64,000 bases of DNA from Chlorobiota bacterium (GTDB lineage Bacteria > Bacteroidota > Ignavibacteria > Kapaibacteriales > UBA2268): positions 13,078 to 77,077 of the forward strand of contig JBFHIJ010000012.1 of the NCBI GenBank assembly GCA_041596515.1, in the 5' to 3' direction. Under the pieces are notes generated by a model. The model saw only the letters and a program-made list of their open reading frames with translations, ran no database searches and had not been told where the DNA came from. The position numbers and the translations under genes were made by a program. Positions 10,384 through 19,857 of this stretch are shown here, one piece after another (position 1 is the first letter of the stretch; each line of letters opens with the position of its first letter).

Positions 10384-10797
10384 ATGAAAAGTAAAAAACC
10401 AATATTATTGGTAGAAGACGATAAAGTAGACGCTATGACAGTAAAAAGGGCTTTGAAAGAAATAAAAGTCACGAATAGTGTTATTGTCACATCTAATGGT
10501 GAAGAGGCGCTTGAGTATCTTATCAACGAAAATAGTGAAATTCCATGTATTATACTTCTTGACTTAAATATGCCTAAAATGAATGGCTTAGAGTTTATGA
10601 AGGTTGCAAAAGAAAGTGAAAGACTAAAGAAAATTCCTATTGTAGTGCTTACTACTTCATCAGAGGAAAGAGACAGGATGAACAGTTTTAACTGCGGTGT
10701 TGCTGGGTATATGACTAAACCTGTTGATTATCAGCAATTTGTAGATGTCATTAAAACAATTAATTTATATTGGACTTTAAGCGAATTACCCGAGTAA
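10384..10797 (+). CDS. Stand-alone response-regulator receiver (CheY/Rcp1-like)
   Basis: ILLVEDDKVDAMTVKRAL, phospho-acceptor context ILLDLNMPKMNG, VVLTTS and GYMTKP. No output domain. The ORF track starts at 10354, overlapping the upstream stop. The ATG at 10384 gives the canonical MKSKKPILLVEDD N-terminus. Confidence 0.85.
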   Translation: MKSKKPILLVEDDKVDAMTVKRALKEIKVTNSVIVTSNGEEALEYLINENSEIPCIILLDLNMPKMNGLEFMKVAKESERLKKIPIVVLTTSSEERDRMNSFNCGVAGYMTKPVDYQQFVDVIKTINLYWTLSELPE

Positions 10798-10802
10798 ATA
10801 AT

Positions 10803-12587
10803 ATGATAAAAGATAAAATAAAACTCCTTTTTGTTGATGATGATTCTATTGATAGAATGGCTTTCAAAAGATTTGTAAAAGCCAATAATCTAGAATATGA
10901 TTATGAAACTGCAGATTCTGTTGATAATGCTATCATAGCACTAAATAATACAGAATTTGATATTGTAGTTACTGATTTTAATCTTGCAGATGGTACCGCT
11001 TTTGATTTATTTGATTATATGAACGGTATACCTTTTATTGTTGTTACCGGGCTTGGTGATCAAGAGGTAGCTGTCAAAGCGATGAAACAGGGAGCTTATG
11101 ATTATCTTATCAAAGATACGAGTGGTAAACATCTTCAAACATTACCGATTACTGTTGAAAATGCTCTGAAAAGAAGAAATGCCGAATTAGAGCTGGAACA
11201 GTATAAGTCACATTTGGAAGAGCTTGTATATATTCGTACTCGGGAACTCCAAAAAGAAATAACAGTTAGGAAAAAAACTGAAGAAGATCTTCGCAAGAGT
11301 GAACAAAAATTCAGAGATTTAGCTGATTTACTGCCTCAAACTATATTTGAAACTGACGCACAAGCTAATTTTACTTACTCTAACAAACAAGGGTTTGCTC
11401 TTACCGGATATGATACTTTTGATATGAATAAAGGTCTTAATATTTTTGACTTATTCTCTGATGAAGAGAGACAGAATATTAAAAACGAGCTGAAAAGTAT
11501 TGTTCAAAACAACGTAAATTTGCATTCTAACGAGTATAAACTCATAACAAAAACCGGGGATGCAATTCCTGTCATTATTTATACCATGCCTATTGTGAAA
11601 GATAATTTACATGAAGGATTTAGAGGTATAGTGGTTGATATCACAGAAAGGAAGAAAAACGAAGAAAAGATAAAACAACTCAATGAGGATTTGGAGCAAA
11701 GAGTTGTGGATAGAACCGTGCAATTACAAGATGCTATGGAAGAGCTAAAGTTCGAAAATGAAGAACGAAGAAGGGTGCAAGAAGAGCTAAAAAATTCTAA
11801 CGAAGAACTCTATAAACTAAACGAACAGATAGCAAACGAATCTGGTAAATTACTAAGGCTAAATGACCAGTTACTTGAGTCAGAGTATAAGCTAAAAGAT
11901 GCTAATGCTGCAAAAGACAAATTCTTTAATATTATTGCTCATGATTTAAAAAATCCTCTTCAGCTTTTACTGTTTTCTTCTGATTTACTTTCATTATATA
12001 TGAAAAGAGATGATAAACAGAAGATGGAGAAGTACCTTCTGTCTTTAAACCAAACTATTGTCTCACTGCGAGATCTCTTGGATAATCTTCTTACATGGGC
12101 TAGAACTCAATCGGGAGGTATTGAATTTAGACCTGAATCTCTCAATATATTTGAGATATTTGCTGAGATTGGAGACTTGTGTGAAGTTAGTGCTTCTAAG
12201 AAGAATATTGAATTAGTTAATGATGTTAATCCGAATGTTTTTATTAAAGTCGATAGGAACATGATTTCGACAGTGGTCCGAAACTTGGCTTTTAATGCCT
12301 TGAAGTTTACTGATATGGGGGGAACTATCAAGTTCTTATCATCAGTTGAGCAAGATGCTTACGTGTTTTCAATTTCTGATTCCGGTGTGGGTATTAAAGA
12401 GGAAGATATTGATAAATTATTCAGAATAGATGTACATCATACTACTATTGGGACTTCTAAAGAGAAAGGTACCGGTCTTGGACTAATTATCTGTAAGGAA
12501 TTTATCGAGCAACACGGTGGTAGGATTTGGGTTGAAAGTGAATATGGTAAAGGTTCTCAATTTAAGTTTGAAATACCTAAAAGTTAA
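10803..12587 (+). CDS. Hybrid protein: N-terminal receiver / PAS / coiled coil / HisKA / HATPase
   Basis: Receiver region: KLLFVDDD...VVTDFNLADGTAFDL...DYLIKD. PAS region: DLLPQTIFETDAQANFTYSN. H-box FFNIIAHDLKNPL. G-boxes DSGVGI and GTGLGL. The ATG at 10803 is preferred over the extended start at 10770. Confidence 0.88.
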   Translation: MIKDKIKLLFVDDDSIDRMAFKRFVKANNLEYDYETADSVDNAIIALNNTEFDIVVTDFNLADGTAFDLFDYMNGIPFIVVTGLGDQEVAVKAMKQGAYDYLIKDTSGKHLQTLPITVENALKRRNAELELEQYKSHLEELVYIRTRELQKEITVRKKTEEDLRKSEQKFRDLADLLPQTIFETDAQANFTYSNKQGFALTGYDTFDMNKGLNIFDLFSDEERQNIKNELKSIVQNNVNLHSNEYKLITKTGDAIPVIIYTMPIVKDNLHEGFRGIVVDITERKKNEEKIKQLNEDLEQRVVDRTVQLQDAMEELKFENEERRRVQEELKNSNEELYKLNEQIANESGKLLRLNDQLLESEYKLKDANAAKDKFFNIIAHDLKNPLQLLLFSSDLLSLYMKRDDKQKMEKYLLSLNQTIVSLRDLLDNLLTWARTQSGGIEFRPESLNIFEIFAEIGDLCEVSASKKNIELVNDVNPNVFIKVDRNMISTVVRNLAFNALKFTDMGGTIKFLSSVEQDAYVFSISDSGVGIKEEDIDKLFRIDVHHTTIGTSKEKGTGLGLIICKEFIEQHGGRIWVESEYGKGSQFKFEIPKS

Positions 12588-12907
12588 ACCCATAAATATT
12601 ATTAAAAAATGATTATACATTGAGAATATTGAGGACAAGAGGTTGAAACTCCTTGTTTAAAAAGTAAATAAGTAATATTTTCTTACAGAGCAAGTAAACA
12701 TGCTCCTTGGTTCTACGGTCATTTATAGTACTATGATGACATCTAATGACAAATCTGGATAAATGAATTTGCGACGCGTAATAAACAAAGTGTAAATCGG
12801 TGAGTATAGAGAATTATACAGTTTTTTTATTGAGGGGACACTATTTTTTTATAAATATGGAATATTTTGTTATCAATGGAACTGTATTTACGGCTTATGA
12901 TGAGGCT

Positions 12908-14284
12908 CTAATAAAGAGTTCTCTTTAGTTTAAAAATCCAAAAAACAAATAGAATAATAACAAACAATAAGAAAAGAGAAATATAAATGCTATATTCAAG
13001 CTGATTTCTAGTTTTTTCAATTTTAAGCTTAGAATTTTCCATTGATTCTTTATTTTGGAGTTTGATTTTAGATTCAATTAATTGGTAGCTGGGTTTTTTT
13101 TGAGCAATTAAAATATTATTAATCGAATCTGCCAACTCAAGGTAATTAAGTGCTTCTAAGGTTTTCCCAATTTTTTTATATATTCTAAAGAATTGAAGTG
13201 CACCTTTGTACATGTAAAATTTATGGTCACATTGAGATGCAAAAATATATGCTGAATCAGCAAAGAGTAGTGCCTTTTCATATTGCCCTATATTGAAATA
13301 GTTGCCAGACAAATTAGCCATACTACTAGTTAGCACTGTAATTGCACCTAAAGATGCTCTCGAATCTCTAGCAAGCATATTATACTCGATACATCTTTCA
13401 AAGTCATCCATATTAGAGTAGGCATAAGCCAGCATTGTATAAACATCACCTAATTGCTTTTTGTCTCTTACTGAGTTATATAATTCTATAGATTTATTAA
13501 GATAGTCAATGCCTATTGCCATATTATGATTATCCAAATAAAGCGCCCCTACTAATTTATTATACATTGCATCAATTAGTACATCGTAATTATAGTTCAA
13601 AAGTGCTTTACAAGAATCAAAATATAGTCTCGTATTTGTGAAATCATTATTCAGCCGATAAGAATTACCAATATTTAGATACATATCCAAATATTCGTGA
13701 TTATTACCAATATTTAGATAAAGATCTTTGGCCTTTCTTAGGTAATCAATAGATACACTACTATCTCTTAATTCGTAAAATAACAAATACCCAAGATTTT
13801 TATAGAGATATGCCATGTTATTATCTGTTTGGCAATTAGGATTTTCAAAAATCAAATCAATACCTAACTGGAAATAATAATATGATTTATCAAAATGGTG
13901 AAGACTTCTAAAGCTTTCACCCATAGCGAAATATGTATTTATCAAGGCAGACTTGTCTTTGAGATTACGGCTAGAATAGATAGCTTGATTGTAAATTTCT
14001 TGCATCTTAACAGGTTCGCCTTTAAAAGTTAAATTAAGAGCTGCCTTCGTAAGGCCGTTAACTTCTCCTTCTATGTAGTTATTCTCTGAGGCCAACTCTC
14101 TGGCTCGCAGGGAAAACTCTAATGCTGAATCTAGACTTTTATGGTGATAAAAGTCAGCACTGTCTAACAAGGCATCTACCTGTTTAGCTATTGCCGGCCT
14201 TGTATTTGGTATAGTATTTTGACCGGTAAGCGCTAAAATAAAAATAAAGCCCAAAACAGATATTATAGGAATACTTTTTTTCAA
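12908..14284 (-). CDS. Periplasmic TPR-repeat protein with signal peptide and C-terminal membrane anchor
   Basis: Signal peptide MKKSIPIISVLGFIFILALTG. A TPR-like helical-repeat region of about 380 aa has recurring Y/L/A/G spacing. A coiled coil follows, then TM YISLFLLFVIILFVFWIF and a 7-residue tail. It is a paralog of the neighbouring gene at 14606-15964. Confidence 0.65.
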   Translation of the reverse strand: MKKSIPIISVLGFIFILALTGQNTIPNTRPAIAKQVDALLDSADFYHHKSLDSALEFSLRARELASENNYIEGEVNGLTKAALNLTFKGEPVKMQEIYNQAIYSSRNLKDKSALINTYFAMGESFRSLHHFDKSYYYFQLGIDLIFENPNCQTDNNMAYLYKNLGYLLFYELRDSSVSIDYLRKAKDLYLNIGNNHEYLDMYLNIGNSYRLNNDFTNTRLYFDSCKALLNYNYDVLIDAMYNKLVGALYLDNHNMAIGIDYLNKSIELYNSVRDKKQLGDVYTMLAYAYSNMDDFERCIEYNMLARDSRASLGAITVLTSSMANLSGNYFNIGQYEKALLFADSAYIFASQCDHKFYMYKGALQFFRIYKKIGKTLEALNYLELADSINNILIAQKKPSYQLIESKIKLQNKESMENSKLKIEKTRNQLEYSIYISLFLLFVIILFVFWIFKLKRTLY

Positions 14285-14605
14285 TAATTTCCTTTGAGTA
14301 TAATTCAGAGAGGCTAATATAATCTATTTACATCATTTCTGCTATTAATCTTTAAGTAAAAAATGATAAGTTTGCTAATACTAATTGTAATTTATAACTA
14401 TTTCACTAATAGGAACTTACAATGGTTGCAACAATAGATTATTTGAATTACAAATCAATTTTCAAGTACGTATCATACTGAAATAAATGGCTCAGATAAG
14501 TTGGTTGAAGTGAATAACGAATTTAATGGCAGTCTTGAAAAAAAGAAGGAACGAGCTCTTAATTTATTATAACCATTGAAGAATGACCAATATCTTGGTG
14601 AGTAA

Positions 14606-15964
14606 TTAGGATTGATGATTATTCTGTAGTATTTGATACTTTTTGTATAGTACTATAATAACAGCAATAAGTATAAATACTAATATTACAATAGCTAAAA
14701 GGAAGACTTTATAGGTATGTTTTTCATTTTTGAGTTGCGATACTGTATGCTTATTTTGCATGAACGTTTCTATCATATTAAACCGGATTTTATCCTCCAG
14801 TAAAGATACCTTATTTATTTGTTCGCTTTCTAATGAGTCAGTTAGTCCAATATATTTTTGCAAATACTCTAAAGATTTTTTATAATTATGCTGAACAGAA
14901 TGTATATGACTTAACCTTCTCATAGCTTTTGGCAAATAAAAGCTATGCTTTATTTGATCAGCTAAGAGAAATGCTTTAGTAGAGTACGAGAGTGCACTAT
15001 CTAATAATCCTACTCGCTCATAAGCTGCGGCTACATTTATGTAAGAGCTGGATAGAAGTTGTTTAATTCCTATTTTTTCCCTAAGCTCCATAGATTTTAA
15101 ATTGTACTCAAGACTCAAATTGTAGTCCTGAACATAAGAATATGCAAAAGAGAATAAGCTGTATAAGTCTGCGATTTGTTTCAAATTATTAATCTTCCAA
15201 AAAATATCTTCAGACTGACGCAAATATTGGAGTGCAGTTGCTACGTTGTCTTTATCTAAATACAATGAAGCTCTAAGCCTATAGTAAATTCCTAACATAG
15301 TTGAATCATTACTTTTTTCAGCCGCTTCTTTGGCCTTTTTATAGTAGTTCCGAGCTTTATCACTTCTATTATTATATCTGAATATCTCTCCCATATTTAA
15401 ATACAAAGAATTTATTTTTTTGATATCGCCTCGTAATTTATAATAATGCTGTGCTTTGTGTAAATATTCTAGAGATACGATACTATCGTTGAGTTCATAG
15501 TATAATATATTTCCCAAGGCTTCATACATTTCAGGATAAAATTTAAATTGTTCTTTTTGGGGTTTGTCTAATATTTCATCGATTGCTGTGTTTATTTTTC
15601 GAACTGTTTGCTCACCGGCATATGTCCATCTATATAAAGTTGATTGAATTAATAGAGTATAGATACGTTTGTCTTTGAGTCCATACTTTTGGCAACAATA
15701 TAAAGCTTGAACATTTAGCTCCTCAAACTTTGCGAAGTCTCCTTTGTAAATAGATGCTGTAGCAAGTAAATTTATAGCATCTACCTCTGCTTCTCTATCT
15801 TGATGTTTTATTGCTAGTGCTTGTACTTCTAAAGCATAATTTGCTGAAGAGTCTATATTAATAGACTGATACTTCTTTGATAGTTCAATTAATGAGTCAA
15901 TCTGTGTAGAAAACACAGAAATAGGGAGCAACAATAGGAATATTAGTATATACTGCTTGAACAT
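14606..15964 (-). CDS. Periplasmic TPR-repeat protein with signal peptide and C-terminal membrane anchor (paralog)
   Basis: Signal peptide MFKQYILIFLLLLPISVFS, TPR-like repeats, TM VFLLAIVILVFILIAVIIVLY and a short tail. It aligns by eye with the 12908 gene, for example YEALGNILYYELNDSIVSLEYLHKAQ against YKNLGYLLFYELRDSSVSIDYLRKAK. Confidence 0.65.
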   Translation of the reverse strand: MFKQYILIFLLLLPISVFSTQIDSLIELSKKYQSINIDSSANYALEVQALAIKHQDREAEVDAINLLATASIYKGDFAKFEELNVQALYCCQKYGLKDKRIYTLLIQSTLYRWTYAGEQTVRKINTAIDEILDKPQKEQFKFYPEMYEALGNILYYELNDSIVSLEYLHKAQHYYKLRGDIKKINSLYLNMGEIFRYNNRSDKARNYYKKAKEAAEKSNDSTMLGIYYRLRASLYLDKDNVATALQYLRQSEDIFWKINNLKQIADLYSLFSFAYSYVQDYNLSLEYNLKSMELREKIGIKQLLSSSYINVAAAYERVGLLDSALSYSTKAFLLADQIKHSFYLPKAMRRLSHIHSVQHNYKKSLEYLQKYIGLTDSLESEQINKVSLLEDKIRFNMIETFMQNKHTVSQLKNEKHTYKVFLLAIVILVFILIAVIIVLYKKYQILQNNHQS

Positions 15965-16032
15965 ACTATAATTTCACGATATTATAAAAAAGTATGAATA
16001 ATCTAAATAAAATATTTGTATATACAAAATAA

Positions 16033-16069
16033 TAAAAAAAAGCACACAGAATAATATTTCTGTGTGCTT
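16033..16069 (-). terminator. Rho-independent terminator after the M16 peptidase pair
   Basis: Perfect 10-bp stem AGCACACAGA / TCTGTGTGCT with an 8-nt loop. On the minus strand it is followed by a T8-9 run (A-run at 16033-16041 on plus). Confidence 0.85.
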
Positions 16070-16105
16070 GACATAAAATACTGAGATTCTATCCTAAAGC
16101 TTAGC

Positions 16106-18163
16106 TTATTCAGGTTGGAACATACTGTCTTCTATTTTAAGATTTAATTCGTAATTTGCTTCAAGTTCTACTACTTGAGGTCCGGCTTTTTGGACTAAAG
16201 TAGTAGGGAACATAATTCCATCAACAGCTTTGTAGTTTTTCATTTCAACAGTAGTACTACCCATCTCGCTTGACGTTTCAGTTTTTTCAACTAAGAAAGT
16301 CTTTGCATTGAAATAGTAATAAGAATTTTGACCTTTTGAGTTCTTGTGTTCAAGTACAATATAATTGCCTTGCTTACCTTTGATACTCAATTCAGAAGGT
16401 TTTTTAGCTAAGTTTGGAACGTCAAAAAGCTCCACATCATCAATCATTTCTTTAGCCTTGTCAGCTGGAAGTTCCTCAGTTTTACCACGTACCGTACGAC
16501 TAGGCTGCCAAGCTTTCTTGCCATTTGTCATTGTTTTCATCTTTCCGTACATACCCAAATCTTGGATGATATACTGTTTCTTGTCTTTTGTCATTGCTTG
16601 TTCTAATTTAAAAGGAATGCTTTGCCCTTGCATTGACATAGTGCCTTTAGCTTCCATTTTAATAGAAGTGACAGCGTCTAATTTAGCTTGTCCACCGATT
16701 GCTTCTATATATTTAGCAATAAGCTCTTCTGGTTTGATAGAAACTGCTTCAGTTTTAATCGGTTTAAGATCTAAATCATACTCGTAGATTTTGCCAAATT
16801 TTGCTAATGATTCTTTTACTTCAGGGTCGCCCACTACGATAATATATTCGTCTTTTGGATTCAAGTATTTATTAGCAACCTGTTGGATTTTTTCAGGTGC
16901 CAAATTCATGATGTATTCCGGATAGTTTTCAAAGCGACTCATAGGGATACCCATGAAGTCGGCTCTTTGCACTAAGCTAGCCATTGTACCTGAATTTTCA
17001 AATGACATTAAAAATGTACCAACACGGAAGTTCTTCAATCTTTTTAGTTCTTCATCACTAGCAGGTGTAGTGCATAGGTCTTCAAGCTGTTCGTTGATTA
17101 CTACGATAGCAGAATCAGTAACAGAAGATCTCACGTCAGCACCGCAAGCAAATCTATTTACATATTTACTACCAGTCATATAACCGAATGGAGTGTATGT
17201 GTAAGAATATGTTTCGCGAAGTGTGCGGAATAAACGACCACCAAAACCGGTACCAATAATTCTTGCTGCAAAATCAGCTGCATCATAATCACTATCAGCA
17301 TAAGGTATTGCAGGAGTAGATACTACAACGGATGATTGTACTGAGCCCGGTCGGTTTACAAAGTAAACACCTCTTGGCATTGGCTTCGCTTTTGGGATTA
17401 AGATTTCAGGAGCAAATCCCTTTTCCCAATTTTTAAAAGCTTTTTCTAATTTCTTTACAATTTCATCTGCTTTTACGTCACCTATAACTGCCATAGTAGC
17501 ATTATTAGGTTTAATCCAGGTTCTGTATAAGTCTTTAATATCAGAAATTTTAATTGATTCCAAAGATTCTTTTGTTTCTTTAATTGCATAAGGGTGGTGC
17601 TCACCATATAATGCAATCCTAGTCAAAGCAGCTGCTATAGTACCTGAGTTAGCTTTTTCAGATTCAAGTGCTTGTATTGCTTGAGGCAGTAATTTATCAA
17701 ATTCTTCCTGAGGGAAACTAGGATTAATAAGCACATCTGCCATCATCTCCAAAACATCATCAGTATATTTGGTTAAACCACTACCGCCGACGCTAAAGTA
17801 ATCTGCAGAAGCACCAGCTCCAACGTTTGCACCAATGCCATCCATTTTTTGTGCGATATCTAAGGCTGATTTAGTCTTTGTACCTTTTGTAAGCAAAGTA
17901 GTCATAAAATCAGCTACGCCGGCTTTTCTGCCTTGCACAGCAGATCCGCCTGGAATCAACAAACTAAAAGCAACAGTTGGCTGCTCGTGATCTTCAATTA
18001 TAAATACTTTAACGCCATTAGACAAAGTTTTAGTTGTATAATTTGGGAATTTGAAATCATTGCCTTTAAGTGGTTCTGGTCTTTTAGTTGGGTCGATATT
18101 TTGAGCAACAATCATTTGAGTTGCAAAAAATATCATAACTAATAAACTGAGAATTTTTTTCAT
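16106..18163 (-). CDS. M16 (pitrilysin/insulinase) family protein, probably non-catalytic subunit, with a C-terminal extension of about 230 aa
   Basis: Signal peptide MKKILSLLVMIFFATQMIVA. The layout is M16-like and two-domain, but no HxxEH motif is present. The extra C-terminal region (IAKYIEAIGGQAKLDAVTSIK...) resembles LolA-like/beta-sandwich accessory domains; that assignment is tentative. Confidence 0.7.
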   Translation of the reverse strand: MKKILSLLVMIFFATQMIVAQNIDPTKRPEPLKGNDFKFPNYTTKTLSNGVKVFIIEDHEQPTVAFSLLIPGGSAVQGRKAGVADFMTTLLTKGTKTKSALDIAQKMDGIGANVGAGASADYFSVGGSGLTKYTDDVLEMMADVLINPSFPQEEFDKLLPQAIQALESEKANSGTIAAALTRIALYGEHHPYAIKETKESLESIKISDIKDLYRTWIKPNNATMAVIGDVKADEIVKKLEKAFKNWEKGFAPEILIPKAKPMPRGVYFVNRPGSVQSSVVVSTPAIPYADSDYDAADFAARIIGTGFGGRLFRTLRETYSYTYTPFGYMTGSKYVNRFACGADVRSSVTDSAIVVINEQLEDLCTTPASDEELKRLKNFRVGTFLMSFENSGTMASLVQRADFMGIPMSRFENYPEYIMNLAPEKIQQVANKYLNPKDEYIIVVGDPEVKESLAKFGKIYEYDLDLKPIKTEAVSIKPEELIAKYIEAIGGQAKLDAVTSIKMEAKGTMSMQGQSIPFKLEQAMTKDKKQYIIQDLGMYGKMKTMTNGKKAWQPSRTVRGKTEELPADKAKEMIDDVELFDVPNLAKKPSELSIKGKQGNYIVLEHKNSKGQNSYYYFNAKTFLVEKTETSSEMGSTTVEMKNYKAVDGIMFPTTLVQKAGPQVVELEANYELNLKIEDSMFQPE

Positions 18164-18205
18164 TGTATTGAGTCCTAATTATTTTTTTGATTTTAATTGG
18201 AAAAA

Positions 18206-19525
18206 CTACTCACCTTTTGCAGGTATATATTCTAAAGTCACTTTGTTTTTTGTACCTAAATATTTTTTAGCTACTCTCTGGATATCTGCTTTAGTAACCT
18301 TCATGTAGTTATCCAATTCTTTATTGATTAGGCTTGCATCGCCATAATAGCTATAATACGTAGCCAAAGACATCGCTTTTTCCTGAGTACCTTTTTTACC
18401 ACTTACGGAAGAAACTTCTTTGATGTTTCTTGCTTTTTGGAACTCGTCATCAGTAACACCGTTGTCGATTACTTTTTGAATTTCAGCCATCATCGCTGCT
18501 TCTACATCTTTCAATTCTTTACCTTGTGCAGGAATGCCTATCATATAAATGATACCGGCATCCTGTAAAGCCATAGGAGCCATTACTGCCTGCAATGCTA
18601 CTTGTTTTTCAACTAACTCTCTGTAGAACCTTGAAGATTCGCCAGCACCTAAAATGTCAGAAAGTAAAGACAATGCATAATAGTCTTTTTCGCCCATTTT
18701 TGGACCTCTTAAGCCCATAAATGCAGCTGGAAGTTGAGCTTTGTCATCTTCAATATTTTCTCTGTAAGGCCCTTCCATCGGAGGTAATTTGAACTCTGAG
18801 CGAACTGGTTCTAAGCCCTTTTCGTAACGACCAAAATATGCTTTCACATACTCTTTAGTTTTTTCTAAGTCAAAATCGCCAACTATAACTAATGTGGCAT
18901 TATTTGGCTGGTAGAAGTTGTTGTAGAAATTTTGGAAATCTACAATCTCTGCTTTATTAATGTGTTCTATTGATCCAATTGGTACCCATGAGTAGTTACC
19001 ACCTTTGAATACATTATAAAACATTTTTTCCATCCAAGTTCCGTAAGGAGAGTTGTCATTTCTGTTTTTCTTTTCTTCTTTGACAACGCCTCTCTGTGTT
19101 TCTACACCAATTTTTCCAACTTGGAGTTGTCTCATTCTTGAAGATTCAATCCACAATGCTAATTTAATTTGATGAGAAGGCACAGTAAATTTATATACTG
19201 TTTCATCAAAAGAAGTGTGTGCATTTAGGATACCACCAGCTTCCTGGATATATTTATCCATGCTGTGTCTTGGTATTTCGTCAGTTGATTCGAACATCAA
19301 GTGTTCGAAGAAGTGTGCAAAACCTGTTAAGTTTGGATCCTCATCTTTACAGCCAACTTTGTAGTGTAAAATTGTAGAAACAACCGGAGCACTTCTATCA
19401 ATTGAGTAAATTACGTGAAGTCCGTTATCTAAATCTTCCTCCACATATTTAATAGGGTTAGCCTGACTAAAAGCACTAACAGAGCTGATTACTAAAAAAG
19501 CAAAAAGCATAGATAGTCTCTTCAT
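18206..19525 (-). CDS. M16 family zinc metallopeptidase (catalytic)
   Basis: The inverted zinc-binding motif HFFEHLMFE (HxxEH) lies near the N-terminus. The M16 two-domain length fits. Signal peptide MKRLSMLFAFLVISSVSAFS begins at the ATG at 19525; the ORF track extends to 19555. Confidence 0.85.
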   Translation of the reverse strand: MKRLSMLFAFLVISSVSAFSQANPIKYVEEDLDNGLHVIYSIDRSAPVVSTILHYKVGCKDEDPNLTGFAHFFEHLMFESTDEIPRHSMDKYIQEAGGILNAHTSFDETVYKFTVPSHQIKLALWIESSRMRQLQVGKIGVETQRGVVKEEKKNRNDNSPYGTWMEKMFYNVFKGGNYSWVPIGSIEHINKAEIVDFQNFYNNFYQPNNATLVIVGDFDLEKTKEYVKAYFGRYEKGLEPVRSEFKLPPMEGPYRENIEDDKAQLPAAFMGLRGPKMGEKDYYALSLLSDILGAGESSRFYRELVEKQVALQAVMAPMALQDAGIIYMIGIPAQGKELKDVEAAMMAEIQKVIDNGVTDDEFQKARNIKEVSSVSGKKGTQEKAMSLATYYSYYGDASLINKELDNYMKVTKADIQRVAKKYLGTKNKVTLEYIPAKGE

Positions 19526-19816
19526 AAGGCTGTGAGTAATTTTAAAATTACGCATGACACTGACCTGTGTATTTGAAAAAAAATATATGTACTACTTGTT
19601 TGTATATAAGCTAAACGTACAATTTACAAAGAAGTTTAGTATATTGATTTGTATAATTATTTAATAATTGAAATTTTAGATTTTACTATCTACCTCAAGT
19701 AAAAGTATTTAATTGCCAAACCCAAAATTTTTGTCTTGCTATATCAGTTATCTAAGTTGCGATATATCAAACGGATATTCTAAATTGTTAATTTACAAAA
19801 GTTTATTCTAAACATG

Positions 19817-19857
19817 TTTTCCACATAGCATGTGGTTTTTCCACATAGTTATCCACA
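19817..19857 (+). promoter_or_regulatory. Cluster of three direct DnaA-box-like 9-mers
   Basis: TTTTCCACA at 19817-19825, TTTTCCACA at 19837-19845 and TTATCCACA at 19849-19857. The last is the exact E. coli consensus; the first two differ at one position and fit TTWTNCACA. A partial inverted CCACATG lies at about 19829-19835. The cluster sits 43-83 bp upstream of the kinase ATG at 19900, in a 344-bp AT-rich divergent spacer. Confidence 0.5.
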
